Positions 1 through 7,551 are shown, counted from the stretch's first letter. The stretch: DNA of 33,561 bases from Candidatus Nanoarchaeia archaeon (GCA_035289325.1 DATDXM010000068.1:1-33561); one strand, 5' to 3'. Program-made: numbers and translations. The notes: generated by a model not told the origin, from the sequence alone.

Positions 1-1
1 G

Positions 2-1096
2 CAGTTTGTGTATAATCCGATTGAAGAACGAGTTGATATAAAGAAAACTTTTAACAATTCTGGGACAGTTGTTGAGACGGTTTACTATTGGTCCAAAAGT
101 TTTGTTACTGTTGAGAATTTGACAGGACAATATAATTTTACTTTTGTCTATCATGAAGGGCAGCTGATTGCGCAGGAGTTGCAAGGTACAAAACTATTTA
201 TTCATGGAAATCATGAGGGGTCGTCGTCGGTTGTAACGAATTCTACTGGGCAGGTTGTTGAAAGAACTGAATATGATGCTTACGGAAATATCATCTCTGG
301 TGGAACCAAGACGAGGTTTGGATATGAAAATAAAGAAGCAGATTCGGTTGTTGGAGATACGGATTTTAATTTTAGGAAATATAAATCGGAATGGGGATTG
401 TTTACACAGCCAGATACTCTGATTCAGAATGTGTACGACCCGCAATCATTGAATCGTTACATGTTTGAGAGAGGGAATCCGTATAAGAATACTGATCCGG
501 ATGGGCATCAGGCAACAAATTATGCTGATTTTTCTTTAATTAGATTTGGTTTTATTGGTTTGCTTGTAGCAATTGGTGCAGTTACACTTGCATCCGTCGC
601 ACCATTAATACCGTCAGCAATTGAGAAAATCCGTGAAGAGGTTAAAACAACATTGGAAGCTTATGATATAGCTGGAAATATAGAAGATGCTTTTGAATTG
701 GGAAGAGCAATTGGTGAATATGAAAGAAATCCTACTGAAGAAAATCAGCGGAAAATATTTGAATTAGCATTAGCAATGAGCATAGATCGCAGTATCTCTC
801 AGGGTGTGTCTAAAACTGCAGGTGGGGGAGAACTCGGAAAAATGTCTGCTGATTTCATCGGCGCGCAAAATGCCATACTTCACAATTCAGTCGGGTCGGT
901 TCTAGCAAGTAAACTCAGTAATCAAGGAAACATCGCTTCCACAGGTAGTAGCAAAGGTGTTTGCGGAGGAAACATGAGTTGTTCATCCGGTGGCTCTAAG
1001 AAAAGCAATGGAGGTTATAAGCCAAGTAATCCAGATAGGCAAGGTGAGATAACCCCAGGCTTGGGTATTTGTGGGGTGAATCAGTCTTGTGGCTAA
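2..1096 (+). CDS. RHS/YD-repeat polymorphic toxin, C-terminal part (5' end lies outside the window): RHS repeat-associated core plus an unassigned ~190-aa C-terminal module
   Basis: The frame is open from the window edge, so the GTG at 8 is not a real start. A YD-type repeat remnant is present (TEYDAYGN). FRKYKSEWGLFTQPD..VYDPQSLNRYMFERGNPYKNTDPDGH fits the remembered RHS-core consensus (R.YDP..GRF...DP...NLY.Y..NP....DP.G). After DPDGH come a hydrophobic helix (FGFIGLLVAIGAVTLASVAPLI), a helical region and a Gly/Ser/Cys-rich tail. Confidence 0.8.
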   Translation, partial: QFVYNPIEERVDIKKTFNNSGTVVETVYYWSKSFVTVENLTGQYNFTFVYHEGQLIAQELQGTKLFIHGNHEGSSSVVTNSTGQVVERTEYDAYGNIISGGTKTRFGYENKEADSVVGDTDFNFRKYKSEWGLFTQPDTLIQNVYDPQSLNRYMFERGNPYKNTDPDGHQATNYADFSLIRFGFIGLLVAIGAVTLASVAPLIPSAIEKIREEVKTTLEAYDIAGNIEDAFELGRAIGEYERNPTEENQRKIFELALAMSIDRSISQGVSKTAGGGELGKMSADFIGAQNAILHNSVGSVLASKLSNQGNIASTGSSKGVCGGNMSCSSGGSKKSNGGYKPSNPDRQGEITPGLGICGVNQSCG

Positions 1097-1109
1097 AATA
1101 AACGAAGCT

Positions 1110-1520
1110 ATGAAGTTTGAGAAACGTCACTGTCTTGGTCTGTTCCTAGTTAGTTTATTTTTGTTATCCTTGACTATATTAGTTTTTCCGCACTACTCAA
1201 TATATTCAAGAAAAGGAATGATATTCCTGTTTATACTTTCAACTTTTGGTATAATCTGTTCTTTTGTATGGTCTATTTTTATAGTAAAAATTTATGATGC
1301 AAGCCGATTTTATCAAGTAATGGATGACAATAAATTAGTAAAGATTAATTATTTGACTGTTGTAACTACATTAGGTCTCATTATCATAATTTTTTCTTTA
1401 AATTTTTTTCTTTCAGTTAACGATTTCTGGGGAGTTCTATTGATCGGCATTTGCATCGCTTTTTTCCCACTAATTATCCAATATCACAAAGGCATCATCA
1501 AACTTATAAAAAAAGAATGA
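1110..1520 (+). CDS. Small polytopic membrane protein (about 4 TM); candidate immunity protein for the upstream toxin
   Basis: The ORF starts right at the toxin stop: a GTG at 1089 overlaps the stop, and the first ATG is at 1110. It has four long hydrophobic segments and no recognisable family motif. The immunity role is inferred from position only. Confidence 0.55.
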   Translation: MKFEKRHCLGLFLVSLFLLSLTILVFPHYSIYSRKGMIFLFILSTFGIICSFVWSIFIVKIYDASRFYQVMDDNKLVKINYLTVVTTLGLIIIIFSLNFFLSVNDFWGVLLIGICIAFFPLIIQYHKGIIKLIKKE

Positions 1521-1720
1521 GAATCACAAGTAAAATCCATTTTAAATCACCATTAGGTGTCAACTAAAGATGATTGGAACTTTGCGTAACAAAACCGATG
1601 ACCATTTTCTTCTCATACTGTTATTTCTTTTGATATTCCTATTTTCTCTTACATCCAATCACTAGCAAAAAAACAACTTCAAACAAGAAATAAAAACTTA
1701 AGCTATAGGAGGTAAACATT

Positions 1721-2068
1721 ATGAAAAAAATAAACGATTTTTTACTTGGAGTTGCATTATGCGCATCTTTATTTATCTTATCTATTTTTACAAAGTATCG
1801 GTTTTACACATTGATACTATCCTTCGTAGCAATATCTATTCTAAAACTAATTTTTAGTCCGAAGTCACTTAAATTCTCAGCATCCGATAAGAGAAGCACC
1901 TTATTTTTTTGGACACTTTTACCCGTTGCACTTGATGAAATTTTTCTTTTCTTGAAATTGGATTTAGCTTTATCATTGGGAATCTCTGTGATGTACGTTT
2001 CTTTAATAACAATTGCTGTTATTTATCACAGAAAAAGTCAAAAGAGTGGGTCGCACCCCCTAAAATGA
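1721..2068 (+). CDS. Small polytopic membrane protein (3-4 TM); possible second or orphan immunity protein
   Basis: AGGAGG at 1707-1712 lies 8 nt before the ATG at 1721. The product is hydrophobic, and the DNA is AT-rich like the preceding gene. Confidence 0.6.
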   Translation: MKKINDFLLGVALCASLFILSIFTKYRFYTLILSFVAISILKLIFSPKSLKFSASDKRSTLFFWTLLPVALDEIFLFLKLDLALSLGISVMYVSLITIAVIYHRKSQKSGSHPLK

Positions 2069-2138
2069 GACACATAGTTAAGCTCTAACTATCACCTAGA
2101 TGGAGAGGTGCGCATGAAAATAAGAAGAGCGTCGACAA

Positions 2139-2150
2139 AACGTTTATAAA
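2139..2150 (+). promoter_or_regulatory. BRE/TATA-like element AACGTTTATAAA for the rpl34e operon
   Basis: TTTATAAA ends exactly 22 nt before the ATG at 2173. The same 12-mer recurs upstream of the PAN gene on the minus strand at 31925-31936, with the same spacing. Confidence 0.6.
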
Positions 2151-2172
2151 CCCCCTCTTTTCTTGCTCTCCT

Positions 2173-2502
2173 ATGGTTAGAGGCAATAAGCGATCACGAA
2201 CGCTGCGACGGGTTTACGTAAAGACGCCCAGCAAGACAGTCATTCACTACCGAAAGCGCAAGCCCGCAAAGCCACAGTGCGGCTCGTGCGGCGAGGTATT
2301 GAAAGGTGTTGCACGAGGACTTAAAGCACAGGTTCACAAGCTTTCAAAGACGCAGCGCAGGCCTGAACGGCCTTATGGCGGTGTTTTGTGCACACGATGC
2401 ATGCGGCGTTATTTTACGGAAAAGGCGAGAAAATACACTCAGTTTTCTAGTGAGAAAACTGGTGTCATCAGAAACCAAAATACTATTGAGAGTGATGAAT
2501 GA
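2173..2502 (+). CDS. rpl34e: 50S ribosomal protein L34e
   Basis: The N-terminus RSRTLRRVYVKTPSKTVIHYRKRKPAKPQCGSCGEVLKGV matches the remembered archaeal L34e pattern of a basic N-terminus followed by a C..C knuckle. Confidence 0.95.
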   Translation: MVRGNKRSRTLRRVYVKTPSKTVIHYRKRKPAKPQCGSCGEVLKGVARGLKAQVHKLSKTQRRPERPYGGVLCTRCMRRYFTEKARKYTQFSSEKTGVIRNQNTIESDE

Positions 2503-2906
2503 TGGTTTCTGAGATGTTTGATGTCGGACGAATGTGTGTTAAAATTGCAGGACGAGATGCTGGTAAGCAATGCGTCGTCGTAGATGTTCTTGACCATACA
2601 TTTGTCATGGTCGATGGCGAAACACGCCGAAGAAAAGTGAATATAAAGCATCTTGAGCCGCTAGATAAAATAATTGACATTGCAAAAAATGCATCGCATG
2701 ATGATGTAAAAGCATCATTTGAATCAATGGGAACTATCATAAAAGATAGTAAACCAAAGAAGAAAGCTGCACGGCCGAAGAGAGTTAAGCAGAAGGTAAA
2801 GAAAGTAACAGGGAAAAAACAGAAAACTGCAAAGCCGAACGCAGTAAAAACTGATAGGACCTCATTGGAATCAGCAGTTGAATCGAAAAAGGCAAAGAGT
2901 ACATGA
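2499..2906 (+). CDS. rpl14e: 50S ribosomal protein L14e (KOW domain) with a Lys-rich C-terminal extension
   Basis: VGRMCVKIAGRDAGKQCVVVDVLDHTFVMVDGETRRRKVNIKHLEP closely resembles Sulfolobus L14e as I remember it. An ATGA overlap links it to the rpl34e stop. A tail of about 50 aa is rich in K, A and P. Confidence 0.93.
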   Translation: MMVSEMFDVGRMCVKIAGRDAGKQCVVVDVLDHTFVMVDGETRRRKVNIKHLEPLDKIIDIAKNASHDDVKASFESMGTIIKDSKPKKKAARPKRVKQKVKKVTGKKQKTAKPNAVKTDRTSLESAVESKKAKST

Positions 2907-3721
2907 TTGGACCATATTTCTTTCATAATACAGAGCTTAAACCAATTGAACAAGCAACTGTTTCAATTGATAACCTTGCATTCGTGTATGGCTATGGTGT
3001 TTATGAGAATCTGAAAGTACGAAAACGCGTTCTTTATTTTCCTGAGCTGCATGCTGAAAGGCTGCTGAATTCTGCAAGAGCAATTGGAATGAAAAATGAT
3101 CTCACGGTTCAAAAAATAAAAAAAGCTCTTCTGGAGCTGTGCAAGACAGTACAACAAGACTCATTCAATTTGAAGATTTTGTTGATGGGAAATGAGCCAA
3201 AAGGAGAGTTTTATGCTTTTGCTTTAAACCCACGTTTTGTTACCGATAAAGAGTACAGGAATGGCGTTACTGTTGTAACGCATCATGGCGAGCGCATGTT
3301 TCCCGAGGCTAAAACGCTGAACATGCTGATGAGTTTTTTGGCCTATAAGAAAGCACAGGAACATGGTGCATATGATGCGCTGCTTGTTGACAATAAAGAG
3401 TGCGTGCGTGAAGGAACGCGGACGAATTTATTTTTTACTGATGGCAAGATGTTATTTACGCCACCAAATGTATTGGAAGGAGTGACGAAGACGACGCTGA
3501 TTGAGGCGCTGAAAAAGAAAGGAATTTCTGTTAAAGTGAAGGAATTGCCGCTGAAAGAGATTAAGAAATTCAGATTGTTTTTGACGAGCACGTCATCAAA
3601 TGTGCTGCCTATTTCAAAGATTGATGGGATAACTGTGGAGATATTTCCGATTGTGAGAGATGTGATGAAGATTTATGGTGAGTATTTGAAAGAGTATGAG
3701 AAGAAAGAGAAGAGAGTTTAG
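2903..3721 (+). CDS. Class IV (fold type IV) PLP aminotransferase, D-amino-acid aminotransferase-like
   Basis: The motifs FVYGYGVYENLKV, PEAKTLNML (candidate PLP lysine), REGTRTNLFF, LEGVTKT and LFLTSTSSNVLPISKIDG parallel Bacillus Dat. The 272-aa length is Dat-like rather than BCAT-like. An ATGA overlap links it to the rpl14e stop. Confidence 0.85.
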   Translation: MIGPYFFHNTELKPIEQATVSIDNLAFVYGYGVYENLKVRKRVLYFPELHAERLLNSARAIGMKNDLTVQKIKKALLELCKTVQQDSFNLKILLMGNEPKGEFYAFALNPRFVTDKEYRNGVTVVTHHGERMFPEAKTLNMLMSFLAYKKAQEHGAYDALLVDNKECVREGTRTNLFFTDGKMLFTPPNVLEGVTKTTLIEALKKKGISVKVKELPLKEIKKFRLFLTSTSSNVLPISKIDGITVEIFPIVRDVMKIYGEYLKEYEKKEKRV

Positions 3722-4167
3722 AGATTCACAAACTCCGTCTTTAATTGCTTAAGAGAGGTAATTGTGATAATCTTTTTTATGCCTTTTCGTGAAATGACGT
3801 TCTTGATGAGGTTAAAGTAATCATCCTGATCTTTTGTCCGTACTTTTAAAATAAGCTCCCAATTGCCTGTGCAGATATCGACGCTTTCAATCTGGGCATG
3901 TTTTGCAAGCTCTTTTCCGATACGCTCTGGATTGCCATACTCATTTGCGGAAATACTGATAAGAACATATGCACAAAAGCCCTCATCTATTTTTTTATAG
4001 TCGAAAACAGCTTTGTATGTTTTGATGGCGCCATTATGCTCGAGCTTCTTGATGTTATAATGAATTGTTGTGGATGGCTCTTTCAAGTGTTTTGCTACCT
4101 GCGAGATGCGGGGTGTGCAATAACCTGACTTAAACAGATTGACAAGCTTCTGCTTAATATCTTTCAT
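3718..4167 (-). CDS. Lrp/AsnC family transcriptional regulator
   Basis: An N-terminal HTH (ISQVAKHLKEPSTTIHYNIKKLEHNGAI) is followed by an AsnC-type ligand domain (AYVLISI..ESVDICTGNWELILKVR). The start is set at MKDIKQ (4167), which has an A/T 8-mer 22 nt upstream. The ORF track's start at 4227 is probably too long. Confidence 0.9.
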   Translation of the reverse strand: MKDIKQKLVNLFKSGYCTPRISQVAKHLKEPSTTIHYNIKKLEHNGAIKTYKAVFDYKKIDEGFCAYVLISISANEYGNPERIGKELAKHAQIESVDICTGNWELILKVRTKDQDDYFNLIKNVISRKGIKKIITITSLKQLKTEFVNL

Positions 4168-4189
4168 TTTATTGAATAATCTGCAACTA

Positions 4190-4197
4190 TATATTAA
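4190..4197 (-). promoter_or_regulatory. TATA-like box (TTAATATA on the minus strand) for the Lrp gene
   Basis: An A/T-only 8-mer sits exactly 22 nt upstream of the ATG at 4167. Confidence 0.45.
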
Positions 4198-4232
4198 ATT
4201 TTTGCTTATTTTTGGAATATTATTCAATTATC

Positions 4233-4240
4233 AATATTAA
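4233..4240 (+). promoter_or_regulatory. TATA-like box (AATATTAA) for the racemase gene
   Basis: An A/T-only 8-mer sits exactly 22 nt upstream of the ATG at 4263, in the divergent intergenic region shared with the Lrp gene. Confidence 0.45.
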
Positions 4241-4262
4241 TGTGATTTGGCTGTTTGAATGG

Positions 4263-4940
4263 ATGAAAACTATTGGCATTATCGGCGGGCTTGGCACGGA
4301 AACAAGCTGTACATTCTGCATTGATATAGACAGGCGAATAAAAACAGCATGCGGTGAACAGCCACGCCTGATTATGGAAAATGTTCCCATGCCGCAGGAG
4401 ATTGAACGACGATTGATTACGGGTGAAGATTGCCCACAGGTATTTGAGCTGCTCTGCACAGCAGTAAAATCGCTTGCTCGATTGGAAGTTGATGAGATAG
4501 TCATTCCGTGCAACAGCGTTCATGTGTTTATTGAGAAGCTGAGAGGTCTAACTCATATTCCAATTATGAGTATTATAGAGGAAACTACGAAAAAATGCAA
4601 CAAATTTCGCAGGATAGGTCTGCTCGCTACATCGACGACACTCAGGGGAAAACTGCATGAACAAGAATTGCACGAGAATGGGATTCAGGTTATTGTCCCT
4701 GAAAAACAAGAGATTGTGAATGGTGCTATCGAAAAAATACTGAACAATCGAGCGACTGAAAAAGATAAAGAGGAACTTTTGCTTATCATAAAGCGTTTGC
4801 AAGAGATGGGAGCAGAGGCTGTAATTCTCGGATGCACCGATTTAGGGCTGCTCATTAGACAAGAGGATGTTGAATTGCCACTCATAGATACTGTTGAAGT
4901 GCTGAAAGATGCGGTTGTTAAAAGTTTAATGGAGAGATGA
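4263..4940 (+). CDS. Asp/Glu/hydantoin racemase family protein, aspartate racemase-like
   Basis: The N-terminus is MKTIGIIGGLGTETS. Two catalytic-type Cys motifs are present (IPCNSVH and LGCTDL). The start is placed at MKTIG (4263). Confidence 0.88.
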   Translation: MKTIGIIGGLGTETSCTFCIDIDRRIKTACGEQPRLIMENVPMPQEIERRLITGEDCPQVFELLCTAVKSLARLEVDEIVIPCNSVHVFIEKLRGLTHIPIMSIIEETTKKCNKFRRIGLLATSTTLRGKLHEQELHENGIQVIVPEKQEIVNGAIEKILNNRATEKDKEELLLIIKRLQEMGAEAVILGCTDLGLLIRQEDVELPLIDTVEVLKDAVVKSLMER

Positions 4941-4960
4941 GAAAAATGGACCAGTCGGGA

Positions 4961-4990
4961 CAATCACGCCAACGCATTTCTCGTAAGCAT
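4961..4990 (-). other. tRNA intron 2, in the T-loop near position 59/60 (boundaries +/- 2 nt)
   Basis: Removing it restores the T-loop TTCAAAT between TCGGG and CCCGA. Only a relaxed BHB can be drawn: 3' bulge TGT, helix TTCA/TGAT with one T-T mismatch, 5' bulge AAA, and a weak inner helix TGCT/GGCG. Confidence 0.6.
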
Positions 4991-5030
4991 TTTGAACCCG
5001 AGGCCCCATCGTTGCGAACGATGTGCTCTA

Positions 5031-5055
5031 GTGCCCACGAGTTGTACAACTCGCA
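5031..5055 (-). other. tRNA intron 1, in the D-loop (boundaries +/- 2 nt)
   Basis: Removing it restores the D-loop AGCCCGGTA. It can be drawn as bulge-helix-bulge: D-stem, 3' bulge ACT, 4-bp helix GCCC/GGGC, 5' bulge GGT, and inner hairpin GCGAGTT-GTAC-AACTCGT. Confidence 0.7.
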
Positions 5056-5100
5056 CCGGGCTGAGCTACTGGCCCATAAGAACCACGCACGAGAAGCAGT

Positions 5101-6756
5101 TTAAATAGTTTTCTTGCGCGATAGCGTAAAAAGTTTTTCAATATCTATCTCAGCGGCGGCAACAGGCATCTGCATATTCCATTGTGTTAATACATAAGGA
5201 TTAACCTCACCAAAAGTGGCGAAAACATCATTGCCGATGGATGCTTGTGCTGCTCGGCCATCAATGAATGATGGATGATGCGCATCGGTGACAGCTGCTT
5301 TGAGCCCCAGCATACGCGTGATGCTGTCAATCACCTGCCGAATATGAGTAAAATCAGACTTTTCATGGCAGATGGCAATGCCTAAATAATGCTGCTCTTT
5401 GATACCATATTCTGCTGTTGGAGATTTATGGAAAGTCATACCAAACTCGGCAAGCTGCTGTGGATAATCCTGATGCTGGTTGCGCTGCAGAATTTTCAAT
5501 AAACTTGGAAGAATGCTGTTTCTCATGCACCCATAATCGACGAGCGCGTTCTTGATGTGAACGACGTCGACTTTCAGGTTCATCATCGATGTGATTTCTT
5601 CATGCCCCATCAGATGGTAGCTGCGCGTTTCCTGAAAGCCAGCACCAACAAGTACGTCTAATATTATTGACTTGAAGCGTTCGATACTGTCTTCTTCGGC
5701 AATCGTCGCTACTTTTGGGATTTGGCTGGGAAACAAATCATATCCATACGCAATTGCGATATCTTCGACAAGATCAGCAGGATGCAAAATGTCGCTCCTA
5801 TATGCAGGCACTAATATTGTGTTTCCTTTCGTGCTATACCCCATCTTGCCGAGCAAAGAAACGATGTCGCGCTGGCTGAGGTCTAGGCCGAGCAACTTGT
5901 TCACATATTTGATGTCTAGCTTCATTGAAGTAGGAGTTAAGTCGGGTGTCACTCGTTTTTTACCTGGATAATGAACGTCGACACTGTAGATTACGCCACC
6001 CATGTCAGCGAGCATTGTGACCAAGATATTCAGCGCAATTGAAACATTATCATAGTCAACGCCTGTGCATTCGATAAATACATCACGCGTGCTTTCAGTA
6101 ATACGCCCTGTTTCGTGCGAATTAGTAAAAGGCAGCATGGACATCACGTGACCATGAGCGTCAATAAAGAAGGGATATTTTTTCCATCCGATGGTGAGAT
6201 GCTTGTATGCTTTTCCCTTTGGATGCTGCTCAGGCACCAGATGCGCTTTCATTGGCTTTTCAAAGCCCAGGGGCTGAAAAATGACTTCGGTAGGGTCGAG
6301 CGCTTTGTAGGATACAGGAAAATGAATTCGCTCAAGAGGATAGATGCCATACTCTGATTTTTTTCGGTTGCGCCCGTGAGTGGTGGATAATTTTTCCTGC
6401 ACCTGCATAATTTCACGAATGCGTTCATCATTTAATTTTAAATTCTTGACAATTGCACATGCTGTATACGGCCTCATGCTTACCGATGAATCCACCATAA
6501 CGGCACAGCCACTTTTCTTTATCGGATATGTTACAAGACCGTGGTGAGCACCAATAAAAGAACGAAGCGCGCGTGCGAAGCCTTGCTCGCTGAGCATATC
6601 CGGACGGTTTGGAAAGACTTCAACAACAATTTCTTTGTCGTCGATGCGTTCGAGATCTGTGCCGATCATCGCGATGCGGTGCTTCAGTTGCTCAAGGGGC
6701 AATTTCTTCCCGATGAGCGACTCGAGCACTGTGCGATTCAATGTTACCGTCGGCAT
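5101..6756 (-). CDS. pheT: Phenylalanine--tRNA ligase beta subunit (archaeal type)
   Basis: At 551 aa it has the archaeal PheT layout (MPTVTL..LE..IGTDLE, B3/4 and B5 regions, a class II-like C-terminal domain). It is the last gene of a tight operon with pheS. Confidence 0.95.
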   Translation of the reverse strand: MPTVTLNRTVLESLIGKKLPLEQLKHRIAMIGTDLERIDDKEIVVEVFPNRPDMLSEQGFARALRSFIGAHHGLVTYPIKKSGCAVMVDSSVSMRPYTACAIVKNLKLNDERIREIMQVQEKLSTTHGRNRKKSEYGIYPLERIHFPVSYKALDPTEVIFQPLGFEKPMKAHLVPEQHPKGKAYKHLTIGWKKYPFFIDAHGHVMSMLPFTNSHETGRITESTRDVFIECTGVDYDNVSIALNILVTMLADMGGVIYSVDVHYPGKKRVTPDLTPTSMKLDIKYVNKLLGLDLSQRDIVSLLGKMGYSTKGNTILVPAYRSDILHPADLVEDIAIAYGYDLFPSQIPKVATIAEEDSIERFKSIILDVLVGAGFQETRSYHLMGHEEITSMMNLKVDVVHIKNALVDYGCMRNSILPSLLKILQRNQHQDYPQQLAEFGMTFHKSPTAEYGIKEQHYLGIAICHEKSDFTHIRQVIDSITRMLGLKAAVTDAHHPSFIDGRAAQASIGNDVFATFGEVNPYVLTQWNMQMPVAAAEIDIEKLFTLSRKKTI

Positions 6757-6758
6757 AA

Positions 6759-7550
6759 TTACCCTTTCAGATTAAATTCTTTCTCGGCTTTTGCAACCAG
6801 CTTGCTGTTTTCGTCATACAGCTCAAGCGTCACCTTGATGTTAGCAGGGTCGGTAACAGATGAACTATATGCAACAATCTTGTCGAATGCGTTTTGGATT
6901 GTTTTACCGGCTGCGACCTCTGCGGTGTTATGAGGCACTTCAACTATAAGAGTACGTTCTGTTGGAGGATACCCTTCAATAAAGATTTTGAACTCCGTTG
7001 GCTTGATTGTGCCTGTCTCGCCGTTGACAAGCGTGTAATAAATTGTGCGAATTGTGCCGAAGCCTTGCTCTTCATTCCATTTGAAAACAGGCGTGCGCGT
7101 GAAATCGAGCTTTACATTGCTGTAGGTTGTGACGACTGCTTCGGATGCTGCTTCGGTTGATTCAGCTGCAATTTCATCTGTAGCTCCTTCGGCAACTTCT
7201 TCAGCTGCCACTTCTTCAACAACGGCTTCTGTAGTTTCAGCACTTTCTTCAGTTACTTCAACTGGCGCCGCTTCAACAGATTCTTTGGCATTTTCTGGGA
7301 CTACTTCCGCCTCGATGGAGTCTGAACCACCGAAATTATTTGCAATAATAGCTGCAAAGATGCCCGTTTTGCCTAATGGCGCAGTGGACGGGAACACATA
7401 TCGCCCGGCCAAAAAAGAACCGGCGAGAAGCGCGACAATAACAAGAACAAAAACAACGCTTTTCAGACTGATGCTCACTTTCTTATCTAACACACCTTGG
7501 GAGCCCGATGCGGACTCAACCGGATTAAACTGGAACTTTTGTCCTGGCAT
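6759..7550 (-). CDS. Hypothetical membrane-anchored protein with an acidic E/A/T/V-rich linker and a C-terminal beta-rich domain
   Basis: It has one TM helix (VVFVLVIVALLAGSFLAG) and a low-complexity acidic stretch of about 70 aa. It is wedged between pheS (1-nt gap) and pheT (2-nt gap). Confidence 0.7.
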   Translation of the reverse strand: MPGQKFQFNPVESASGSQGVLDKKVSISLKSVVFVLVIVALLAGSFLAGRYVFPSTAPLGKTGIFAAIIANNFGGSDSIEAEVVPENAKESVEAAPVEVTEESAETTEAVVEEVAAEEVAEGATDEIAAESTEAASEAVVTTYSNVKLDFTRTPVFKWNEEQGFGTIRTIYYTLVNGETGTIKPTEFKIFIEGYPPTERTLIVEVPHNTAEVAAGKTIQNAFDKIVAYSSSVTDPANIKVTLELYDENSKLVAKAEKEFNLKG

Positions 7551-7551
7551 T

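Larger units (their letters stand above)
4947..5075 (-). tRNA. tRNA-Ala (anticodon CGC) interrupted by two non-canonical introns
   Basis: The reverse complement folds as acceptor GGGCCAG/CTGGTCC with G3:U70 and A73, D-stem GCTC/GAGC, anticodon arm CATCG-TTCGCAA-CGATG, T-stem TCGGG/CCCGA and T-loop TTCAAA..T. It is 129 nt in total, or 74 nt once a 25-nt and a 30-nt insertion are removed. CCA is not encoded. Confidence 0.8.

Noticed and set aside
1570-1665. 31-codon ORF (MIGTLRNKTDDHFLLILLFLLIFLFSLTSNH) between the two small membrane genes
   Set aside because: It could be a tiny hydrophobic peptide in the toxin/immunity region. However, it has no recognisable RBS or TATA spacing and is too short to evaluate, so it is left unannotated.
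2483-2953. 156-aa minus-strand ORF opposite rpl14e
   Set aside because: It is antisense to a confidently identified ribosomal protein gene. The Lys-rich AAG/AAA codons give a Phe/Leu-rich antisense frame with no signals of its own.
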